Source: an uncultured delta proteobacterium (GTDB taxonomy: Bacteria > Desulfobacterota > Syntrophobacteria > Syntrophobacterales > Syntrophobacteraceae). Taken from it: DNA of 64,000 nt. Shown piece after piece: positions 1 through 8,326 of the stretch. The notes below the pieces were generated by a model that searched no databases, was not told the DNA's origin, and saw only the letters and a program-made list of their open reading frames with translations. Location: assembly GCA_963808625.1 (NCBI GenBank), contig CAWEHK010000004.1, forward strand, positions 1-64,000, in the 5' to 3' direction. Position 1 is the stretch's first letter, and each line of letters begins with the position of its first letter. A program made the translations under genes and the position numbers.

Positions 1-557
1 CCCACCAGTTTCTCCACCATCTGCCGCACCCGCACCGGAAAAGGTTGCGCCATCTCACGCAGGCGCGCGGTATCGAGCTCCTCCAGCTCCAGCTCATCGG
101 CAAATGGCGCCGTATTCCGATAATAGATACAGTCAAGCAGCGCCTTTTCCGGCAGTGCCAGATTGTATCCGTCCCGTGGCTCAAACCCGAAGTAGAGTCG
201 CTCACTCAGATGAGAGTACTCGATGGTGACGCCACGCCAGACGAGGTTGCGGGTAACGCCTACGGCGGTGCTGAGGGTGAGCACGGTGCAGACCGAGGGG
301 GCCTGAATAATGATCCCGTGTCGATGCAGGGCCCATTCGGCGCTGATGTACGAAGGCGTGCGGACGAAGCAGGCAGCCTCCTCCAATGACGGTTCCCCTT
401 TCAGCCAGGTGTTGACATAGACCCCGCGGGTCAGCCGCGTGATCAGGCCCCGCTGCAATGCGCGCGTGAGAAAGACATTGGCATTGCCGGTAAATTTAGC
501 CGCGTCGGCGGAACGGAACAGCAGAGGGAGGCTATGCAGAATGTCGAAGGTGCTCAT
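1..557 (-). CDS. AbiEi-like type IV TA antitoxin (runs off window start)
   Basis: Not in ORF track; hand translation from ATG 557 gives MSTFDILHSLPLLFRSADAAKFTGNANVFLTRALQRGLITRLTRGVYVN...PSYISAEWALHRHGII...ALPEKALLDCIYY. Overlaps the stop of the upstream gene (ATGA). Confidence 0.75.
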   Translation of the reverse strand, partial: MSTFDILHSLPLLFRSADAAKFTGNANVFLTRALQRGLITRLTRGVYVNTWLKGEPSLEEAACFVRTPSYISAEWALHRHGIIIQAPSVCTVLTLSTAVGVTRNLVWRGVTIEYSHLSERLYFGFEPRDGYNLALPEKALLDCIYYRNTAPFADELELEELDTARLREMAQPFPVRVRQMVEKLV

Positions 558-1402
558 GACGGAATCACCACCCCAGTCTCCCGCAGTTCACGGAATAGCC
601 CTTTCAGAGCATCGAGAAACGGGCGATAGCCATCCCTGCGGCAGGCTGCCATGACCTCCGGGGGGAGAAAACGGCCAAGATCGTTTTCCATCGCCTCTCG
701 CAGGTCGCTCTCGGCGTTCTCCAAGCCGTCGAGCGAACGCCGTGGCGTGAAAGGGACGGCATAGGCCGAAAATTTTCGCTCCACCACGTCCCGGACCGCC
801 GAGACGCCCAACCGTTCCCGTAGATGCCAGATGTCGTAGATGTCCCGTCCCTTCAGATAGGGGCGTTCCAGCAGGGCGCGCACCTTGTCGGAAAGGATCT
901 CTTCCAGCGTCTCCACCACCAGCACTGAATTGGGCCGGGGGATGCGGAAATCTCCCCTGGTGATCAGATACGATACCGCCGCCTGCATTCCCAGCACGCG
1001 GGGCTCGGTCGTCGGCGCCGCCCCCTCCCGCAGCCGTTCGCATTCCACCTTGACCATGATCCTCTCCCGCATGTTCTGCGGTTCAAAGGCGACGCGCCAG
1101 ACCATCCTTTCATCACTCCGGCCGCGGGAAGTCATGGCAAGGCGGCCCGGCCCGAAGTGGGCGATGGCCTCGCGTGCAACCGCCGGCTCAACCCCCTTCA
1201 GCAGACGTTCCAGCGCCGGCCTCTCGAGGTGGGTTACAAAATCGAGGTCTTCGGAAAACCGCCCGCTGTGGTGACACCAACGGAGGGCCGTGCCCCCTTG
1301 AAAAATCAGACGGGAGCTTTCCGGACGAGCGTAAACACTCTGGAGAAGAATGAGCTGGAAAAGCTCGGAACGGCGGATGTGGCGTTCGGTATAAGTTTTC
1401 AT
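554..1402 (-). CDS. AbiEii/AbiGii-family nucleotidyltransferase toxin
   Basis: Motifs IFQGGTALR, RFSEDLDF, EILSDKVRAL, GRDIYD. Confidence 0.9.
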   Translation of the reverse strand: MKTYTERHIRRSELFQLILLQSVYARPESSRLIFQGGTALRWCHHSGRFSEDLDFVTHLERPALERLLKGVEPAVAREAIAHFGPGRLAMTSRGRSDERMVWRVAFEPQNMRERIMVKVECERLREGAAPTTEPRVLGMQAAVSYLITRGDFRIPRPNSVLVVETLEEILSDKVRALLERPYLKGRDIYDIWHLRERLGVSAVRDVVERKFSAYAVPFTPRRSLDGLENAESDLREAMENDLGRFLPPEVMAACRRDGYRPFLDALKGLFRELRETGVVIPS

Positions 1403-1466
1403 ATGTTTAGCTTATAACACATAATCGTATTGAATTCTAAATAATTTCTTCACCCCCATATACCAC

Positions 1467-1590
1467 GGTGAGAACGCGACGAACGTCGACCTTGTCGACT
1501 ACTACTGACCGCGAGAAAAGGAAGGCACCCATGAAGATGCACAATCCGCCGCACCCCGCCGAAATCATCCGGGACCAGAGCCTTGAGCCG
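1467..1590 (+). pseudogene. higBA remnant (HigB C-terminus + HigA N-terminus)
   Basis: 1467-1508 reads GENATNVDLVDYY*, like a HigB C-terminus; 1531 onward reads MKMHNPPHPAEIIRDQSLEP (HigA HNPPHPGE motif), then breaks off. Confidence 0.7.
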
Positions 1591-1610
1591 CCGAGAAGCA
1601 TTACCGGATC

Positions 1611-1874
1611 GTGCCGCTCAATTCTCTGAGGCATCCCCGGTATCATTTGAAGGTCCCGATTTTCATTACTTTGGAAGCTGCTGACGATATGGTCATTGCC
1701 AGCTTCGATGATATTGAGGCTTTTTCCCATGCTGAGACTGAGTCAGAAGCCATCGACTTCCTTTGCGAGGAGATCGTCCAACTCTTCGAAGACCTGAGTG
1801 CAGATGCAGGCAACCTTGGACCTATGCCCAGGAAGTGGCTGGATTGTCTCACGGAGATCGTTGAATGCAAGTGA
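1611..1874 (+). CDS. HicB-like antitoxin fragment
   Basis: VIASFDDIEAFSHAETESEAIDFLCEEIVQLF resembles the HicB partial RNase H fold; N-terminus may be missing. Confidence 0.5.
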   Translation: MPLNSLRHPRYHLKVPIFITLEAADDMVIASFDDIEAFSHAETESEAIDFLCEEIVQLFEDLSADAGNLGPMPRKWLDCLTEIVECK

Positions 1875-1894
1875 AGAAAGCAGAAATGGAAAGG

Positions 1895-2151
1895 GTCGTG
1901 GTATTGCTCGGGGCTTTTCGTGAGTTTGAGCGAAGAACCGGAGAGCTCACGGAACGCCGCGGCGCCAAGCGGGAAATGATCGTGAATGTAATCGAGCGCC
2001 TTGCCGCCGACTTTCAGGTTGCCGACATCGAACGGGCCTGCCCTGGGGTCAGCCGTCCTACCATCTCAATAGGGCCCTCCGCGAACTCCGCCAGGCGGGG
2101 CGGATTCGATGCATGAAGGGTGGGCGTGATGCAATGTGGCAAAGAACATGA
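1895..2151 (+). pseudogene. C-terminal HTH fragment of a Fic-family protein
   Basis: FREFERRTGELTERRGAKREMI...ADIERACPGVSRPT, frameshifted into RALRELRQAGRIRCMKGGRDAMWQRT*. Confidence 0.5.
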
Positions 2152-2221
2152 TCAGGATCTTGTTAATGTGATCATTTGCTGAGACGTGATCATGTTTTCG
2201 CAAACTGCTATTTCCTCGAGA

Positions 2222-2300
2222 AGGGCAGGTTTGGGGCACGGCGCAAAGCGAGCTCATCTCTCCCGTCGACCCTTTCGCGGAGATGGAACCGGTATTCTGA
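2222..2300 (+). repeat. Second copy of the terminase-like gene 3' end (other copy ~5170-5248)
   Basis: gggcaggtttggggcacggcgcaaagcgagctcatctctcccgtcgaccc...gaaccggtattctga versus gggcaggtctggggcacggcacaaagtgagctcatctctcccgttgaccc...gaaccggtgttttag. Confidence 0.9.
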
Positions 2301-2378
2301 GATGCTGCCTGAAAATCCCCTCAATTCCCCTTTGTGAAAGGCAGGCTTGAGGCAAATGGGCTGTGATGAAACCACAGG

Positions 2379-2437
2379 GCCGAACCAGCCGCCCGAGGAT
2401 ACGCGCTGAGGCGCGCCCTTGAACGGCAGCGTTGGGC
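2379..2437 (+). mobile_element. attC-like integron recombination site (59 bp)
   Basis: Begins GCCGAAC, ends GTTGGGC, with an imperfect palindrome between (GCCG/CGGC, CGAGG/CCTTG, CGCGC-loop-GCGCG). Confidence 0.5.
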
Positions 2438-2525
2438 CTGAGCACTTGGAGCGAAGGCGATGATTCGTTATGATGCCAAAAAATCAGCCGCTCGCTGGAA
2501 ACCCATAGTAGAGAGGATCAATCCT

Positions 2526-2767
2526 ATGGAAACAGAAACAATCGAAGCCGTTTATGAACACGGTGGCTTTCGCCTCATTACTCCGCTTGATGCACATTTC
2601 GCGGAGGGCCAGAAGGTGCGCCTCGTGGTGGAGCCAATTGAAAACCGGACGATATACTTGCACTGGCAGCTCAGGTTTATGAGGATCTCAGCGACGATCA
2701 GATCGATTCCATTGACCAACATACTCGACGACGTGAGGACTTCTTCGGAGAAAGGACGTCCGCATGA
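2526..2767 (+). CDS. DUF104/AF2212-like antitoxin (1-nt frameshift near 2641)
   Basis: METETIEAVYEHGGFRLITPLD...EGQKVRLVVE; the corrected frame ends in an ATGA overlap with the PIN toxin. Confidence 0.75.
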
Positions 2768-3177
2768 CGGCACTGTCACTGGTTTTGCTTGATACTGACA
2801 TTCTGTATGCAGTCATGCGCAAGCATCCTTTGGCCACTGAACGAGCACGTTCCTACCTGGAAGAGCATCGACAGTTCACCTTCTCCATCATTACCCGATA
2901 TGAAGTGTTGCGTGGTGTACTTGCCAAAGGAGCGGCAAAACAACTTGCCGCTTTCAACAAATTGTGTACCACAAGCCGAGTGTTGCTCCTCACCGATTCC
3001 ATAATTGTGCAGGCAGCCACAATATATGCGGATCTTCACCGACGAGGTGAATTGATCTGTGACGCGGACATCTTGATCGCAGCCACGGCTATCACCCATG
3101 GATTGACTGTGGCAACCAACAACCAAGCCCATTTTCGTCGCATCCCAGATCTGCTGGTTGTTAACTGGCTTGAATAA
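2764..3177 (+). CDS. vapC: VapC-family PIN toxin
   Basis: LLDTDIL, ITRYEVLRG, DADILIAATAITHGLTVATNNQAHF. Confidence 0.9.
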   Translation: MTALSLVLLDTDILYAVMRKHPLATERARSYLEEHRQFTFSIITRYEVLRGVLAKGAAKQLAAFNKLCTTSRVLLLTDSIIVQAATIYADLHRRGELICDADILIAATAITHGLTVATNNQAHFRRIPDLLVVNWLE

Positions 3178-3309
3178 GTCCTGTCTTCCCAAGCAAACGG
3201 TCAAGCGGTCTCGAACCACGTCGGGCGCATTGGGTGGGGCTTTTTTCGAGATCCCTGGTGGCATGGTTCGAGCTGGTTGTCTCGGCGTTAGCTGAGTTGA
3301 GGTTGGCCA

Positions 3310-5248
3310 TGCTCCTCGTTCTTGCCGGCGAACACGAGCAGGCCACGGAAACCGGGGATTTCACCCTCTCCAGCGAGAAGCGCGACAGCACCGCCCTCAC
3401 CATCGTCTCGGTCGATCTCGCGACGCTCGGCGATCCGCTCATCAATGCCCCCACCTACCGCGTGGTGTTCCGCAAAGAATGAGTGGGCCACAAGCATTAC
3501 ACGCTCTACGCCCAACTTAGTGCCCCTGTTTCATAAATACGATGACGTATTATGTTGCATGATAAATTTCTATTTGGCGTAATCCTCTCCTGTGGAGGGT
3601 TCATATGCCGAGAAAGAGTCCTTATGTAATCGTGCTAAGTGAGAATGAGAAGGCAAGGCTTGAGAGCATCGCACAGAAGTATACGGCACCGTATTTTTTT
3701 GTGGTCCGTGCCAAGATCGTTCTCTTGGCTGCGCAGGAGCTCTCCAATGATCAAATTGCCGCCAAGCTCAACATGCCACGGCAAATTGTGAGTAAATGGC
3801 GCAAGCGATTTTTCGAGCAGCGTCTGGATGGGTTGTCGGATCATTCCAGATCCGGGCGGCCCGCCCGGTTTTCCCCCCAGAATCGTGGTGGCGGTTAAGG
3901 CGCTGGCATGCGAACTTCCCTCGCGACTGGGCATTCCCGTCTCGCGATTCAGTCGTGAGGATCTCAAAAGGCTCGTTTTGGAGCAGGGCATTGTTGCCAG
4001 TATCAGTGGGATCACCATTTGGAGATGGTTGAGTAGAGATGCTATAAAACCTTGGCAGTATCGTAGTTGGCTTTTTCCTCGTGACCCCAAGTTTGCCAGT
4101 AAGGCAGGGCCTATCTTGGACTTGTATCAGAAAAAGTGGATGGGGATTCCTCTGGGACCGACGGATTATGTCATTTCCACTGATGAAAAGACCAGTATCC
4201 AAGCAAGAAAGAGAAAGGCCGAGACGCTGCCACCCCAACCTGGTTCTCCGATGCGGGTTGAACACGAATATGAGAGAAAAGGCGCTCTGGCTTATCTTGC
4301 GGCTTGGGATGTTCATCGAGCAAGGATCTTTGGTCGATGCGAAAGAAAGACTGGCATCAGACCCTTCGAAAGACTGGTGGACCAAATCATGAGCCAAGAG
4401 CCGTATAAATCGGCCAGAAGAGTATTTTGGATTATGGACAACGGTTCTTCTCACCGGGGTCAAGCCTGTATTGATAGGCTTACGAAGAAATGGAAGTCCA
4501 TAATCCCTGTGCACACACCCGTTCATGCCAGCTGGCTCAACCAAATCGAAATCTACTTTTCTATCCTTCAAAGAAAGGTCCTCACGCCGGCGGATTCTGA
4601 ATCTCTGGTGGAGCTTCAGACCAGGATTCTCAAGTTCCAAAACTACTATGAAGCAATAGCAAAGCCTTTCAGGTGGAATTTCACCCGCGAGGATCTCAAT
4701 AAGCTGATGATAAAACTGGACGCCCGTTGTGAACTGAAGCAGGCGGCCTGACAGAGCAAAAAACGTCACCGTATTTATGAACGTGCCCACTTAGGGACCT
4801 CGCGCTTCAGTGGTAGGTCCGCTACATCGTATCCGATAACACCGGGATTGGGGCGGGCGTCACCTCGTTTCTCGAAAAAGCGCTTCCCGGAATTGTTTTA
4901 CCATTCACCTTCACCCGGTCCAGCAAGTCGACGCTGGGCTGGTCTTTCATTGCGATGCTCGAGACCGGAAGGTTCAAAGACTACGCGCCGGACCCCGACG
5001 ACAAGCTTCAGGCAAAATTCACCAGCCAACTCAAATACTGTGAACTGGAACCCCTGGTTGGCCCGGATCGCGCCATCCGCTGGGGCGTCCCGGACGGGAC
5101 CCGTGATGAAAACGGCGACCTCGTGCATGACGACCTGCTCATCTCAGCGGCCCTCGCCTCGGTGCTCGATGGGCAGGTCTGGGGCACGGCACAAAGTGAG
5201 CTCATCTCTCCCGTTGACCCTCTCGCGGAGATGGAACCGGTGTTTTAG
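3310..5248 (+). pseudogene. Phage terminase large subunit-like C-terminal remnant, interrupted by IS630
   Basis: Removing the IS restores one frame: LAGEHE...RDSTALTIVSVD...PTYRVVFRKE*VGHKHYTLYAQL|RDLALQW*VRYIVSDNTGIGAGV...HDDLLISAAL...EPVF*. DxTG-G and HDD motifs fit the terminase RNase H-like nuclease; two internal stops. Confidence 0.65.
3520..4791 (+). mobile_element. IS630-family insertion sequence
   Basis: Imperfect IRs (gtgcccctgtttcataaatacgatgacg / cgtcaccgtatttatgaacgtgcccac) with flanking TA(G) duplication. orfA 3605-3898 is an HTH; orfB 3828-4751 is DDE (DEKTSIQ, MDNGSSH, SWLNQIEIYF); slippery TTTTCCCCCC junction. Confidence 0.95.
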
Positions 5249-5298
5249 CCTCTTCGTCATTCCGGCATGCTTCTAGCCGGAATCCACCATGAGGACCC

Positions 5299-5574
5299 AT
5301 GTCCATGCCCAACGAGGAATTCTGGCTCGAAGCACTCAAAAGACCAGAACACTATGCCATCTTTATCGCCGTCCTCGGTCTTTTTGGCTCGTTCTACTTC
5401 ATCCTGGCTCTCGTCAAGATCATCAAGCACCGGGAGAGCGACTACGAAAAGCTCCTCGGTGAACTGGAAAAGGTTGCAGCATGCCAAGGCAAATTGATCC
5501 GTGCCTCGACTTCGATCTACTTGAAGATCCTGGAGATCTCAAAGCGCACCGGCGACTCCACAAGCCGCTCTTGA
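5299..5574 (+). CDS. Small hypothetical membrane protein
   Basis: RBS gagga; one hydrophobic segment (IFIAVLGLFGSFYFILALV). Confidence 0.4.
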   Translation: MSMPNEEFWLEALKRPEHYAIFIAVLGLFGSFYFILALVKIIKHRESDYEKLLGELEKVAACQGKLIRASTSIYLKILEISKRTGDSTSRS

Positions 5575-5975
5575 AATGGCTCTGTCGTCTCATGGGGATT
5601 AAGACCAGTGACAACCGCATCCCCCAAGTTGCTCATCAACTCGATACCAACTTCAAGGCGGCTGATGAATTGGAGCGCCTCATCAAGGCGGGACCGAACA
5701 ACGGCAACACCCCCACCATGTTTCCATAGTGCGGCTCGGTGTTAAAAGTGATCGGAGCCTCAGCCCCGTGCTTGTCGTACCTTTTCTGACTTCCGAAACT
5801 GAAGATAACGCTTTGAGATATGGAAAACAGGAAAGACAAGGAGGTTGTTGTTTGAATTTCGATGGATGGGGAACATCGGGCGGACTCCTTTGGTTGCACT
5901 TTCGGTTATGATTTGCCGTAATTTTCGGAGGATGTCCCGTCCTTTCTGCGATGGGTGGCAAAAAAGTGTCCGGTA

Positions 5976-6010
5976 GTAAACACCCCCAGCCAAAGGGCGG
6001 GGCTTTGAAT
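5976..6010 (-). mobile_element. IS200/IS605-family right-end hairpin remnant
   Basis: Minus strand ttcaaagccccgccctttggctgggggtgtttac resembles the AAGCCCCGCCCTTTAGGGCGGGG...TTCAC-type IS605 end. Confidence 0.5.
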
Positions 6011-6269
6011 TCACCCGCCATAGGGGAGCACTGGCCAAGAGCGTTGAGTCCCCAACTCGGTGGAGAAGTTGCGCAGCATACTTCGCTTCAATCCAGTGTG
6101 CTAACCAAAAACCGCTCTTTAGCTGGCAATGAGAAGCATATCGGCCTTCGGCCAACCCCATCCGGGGCAGACATAGGCAATCCCATATGGCCACGCACAT
6201 AGTGCGTAGGTTTCTACTTTCATCTAAGACATAACCGCTAGCGCCAGCTTTTTTGGATCAGTCCTGCTA

Positions 6270-7390
6270 ATTCTAATTCGCTTTCAAGATGAGATTAACC
6301 GTGGTACATTTGTATGTACTATGGCCAGACCACGAAAGATCGACGAAGAATTGGTGAAGAAAGCAAGGGACGCCGTCAGTAACCCTGAGAGCATGACGGA
6401 ATTGCGCAGTGCCCAAGCGGTTCTCTTGCCCGCCCTCATGGGGGCAACTCTTGAGCAGACTGCCGCGTTGCTTGGCGTTTCAAGAGCTTCGGTCCCTCGT
6501 TTGCAGGCACGATTCCGGCAGTGCATGCAGACAGTACAATCCCCGTCCGGCTGGGGAGGACGTCGTCGATCGTTAATGACGTTCGACCAAGAGAAAGAAT
6601 TCTTGCAGCCTTGGGCGCAGCAAGCAAAATCCGGTGGCATATTGGTCGCCTCTGTGATCAGGGCCGCATTGGCGCAGCATTTAGGCCGGCCCATAAAGCC
6701 ATCCGTTGTCTACAGACTTCTGGAGCGTCATGGCTGGAGAAAGGTGGCTCCTGACACTCATCACCCCAAAAGCGATCCGGCCGCACAGGAAGAGTGGAAA
6801 AAAAACTACCGGAAATGCTGGCGTCCCTTCTGACGCCGGAAAACCTTAAAGGACGTCGAGTTCGACTCATGTTCCAGGATGAAGCTCGATTTGGCCGCAT
6901 GGTTCGTATCAAGCGGTGCTGGTCTCCCGCTCCTCATCGCCCTTCCGTATCCAACGGTTATGAGCGAGAATTCGTTTACGTCTACGGCGCCGTAAGTCCC
7001 ATTGAGGGCGAACTGGACTGGATGATCAGCCGGAAAATGGACACTGAACAAATGAGCCACTTTTTGTCTCGGGTAAGCGCAGCCCATCCAGAGGACTTCA
7101 TTGTCATGGTCCTGGATGGTGCGAGCTCGCACAAGGCGAAAGATCTCCAACGTCCCGAAAACATCGCGCTCGTTGCCTTGCCTCCCTACGCCCCTGAGCT
7201 CAATCCACAGGAGCACGTCTGGGATGAGCTTCGAGAAAAAGCATTTCCAAACCGAGTTTTCAGTGATCTTGCCGGCGTCATCAGGCAGTTGGAATTCAGC
7301 TTACCCCGACTCAGTGCCGATAGTGAAACCATAAGAAGCCTGACTGCCTGGCCATGGATTATTAGTCTCAACTTGAACGCGAATTAGAAT
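6270..7390 (+). mobile_element. IS630-family insertion sequence (second type)
   Basis: IRs attctaattcgctttcaagatgaga / tctcaacttgaacgcgaattagaat with TA on both sides. orfA 6321-6833; orfB 6794-7387 (FQDEARFG, LDGASSH, PELNPQEHVW); poly-A frameshift site near 6797. Confidence 0.95.
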
Positions 7391-7638
7391 TAGATGCCTA
7401 TTCCCCTTGCCCAACATGGCAGTTTAAGCCGCAAATAGCGCGATTTTCAAGTACCATTTTTTGAGATGTCGCGCACTTGCCGTGGCCCGACCCGCCCGAC
7501 CGCCCGATATGCTTTTTTCACAGCCAGGAAGTTCAAGTGGGGTTCTTTGATCGGCTAACTCGCTCATCTTAACACCTTCCAGCTTTCTAATTCCTCAATT
7601 TCCTTTGTGGATGGCAGAGAACAGTTCAGAAGCCGTGC

Positions 7639-8076
7639 TCACTTTACGTGGAACGTGTTGATATTGACATCATTCGTCACCATTTTATTGCCATCCATAT
7701 TGTATTTCAGATGGCAGATTCCTCTCTTGCTTCCTGTTGTTTTAAAGGTCACATTGACCTGCAGCAAATTAGGATCAGATCCGGGTTTCGCCTCATAGGT
7801 AATGTAATTCGGCAATTTCGATGGGGCTCTTGCTTTGTGGTGCTCCATCGGAGAATCACTATCCACGTGTATCCAGCCAATGACAGCCCGGATATCAGTA
7901 GCTTTGGCTAGATCGCCTGAAACCCTTAAGGTCACCACGGAGCTCGTGCTAAACTCGGCCGGGATCTCAGCTCTTAAGAGAGTCAGCACTGCAGACCCCG
8001 GGTCCCCAGCGATACTGAAAATAGCTGGAAACAATAGGAAAAAACCGAGAATGGTAGAAATCAATGTCTTTCTCAT
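7639..8076 (-). CDS. Secreted hypothetical protein
   Basis: GGAGG RBS and signal peptide MRKTLISTILGFFLLFPAIFSIA; the longer track ORF starts inside IS sequence. Confidence 0.6.
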   Translation of the reverse strand: MRKTLISTILGFFLLFPAIFSIAGDPGSAVLTLLRAEIPAEFSTSSVVTLRVSGDLAKATDIRAVIGWIHVDSDSPMEHHKARAPSKLPNYITYEAKPGSDPNLLQVNVTFKTTGSKRGICHLKYNMDGNKMVTNDVNINTFHVK

Positions 8077-8105
8077 CGTAAAATCCTCCCGAGAGGTGTT
8101 GCTTC

Positions 8106-8316
8106 GCCTCCCTACGCCCCTGAGCTCAATCCACAGGAGCACGTCTGGGATGAGCTTCGAGAAAAAGCGTTTCCAAACCGAGTTTTCAGTGATCTTGCCG
8201 GCGTCATCAGGCAGTTGGAATCCAGCTTGCCCCGGCTGAGTGCCGATAGTGAAACCATAAGAAGCCTGACTGCCTGGCCATGGATTATTAGTCTCAACTT
8301 GAACGCGAATTAGAAT
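8106..8316 (+). mobile_element. Partial (3' ~210 bp) copy of the 6270-7390 IS630
   Basis: Near-identical to 7180-7390 including the right IR, with a few substitutions. Confidence 0.9.
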
Positions 8317-8326
8317 AAGTCTTTTG

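Noticed and set aside
3480..4816. TGA/TAG in the terminase remnant as recoding
   Set aside because: The gene is IS-disrupted and 5'-truncated; the TGA more plausibly comes from TGG and is not in a redox motif.
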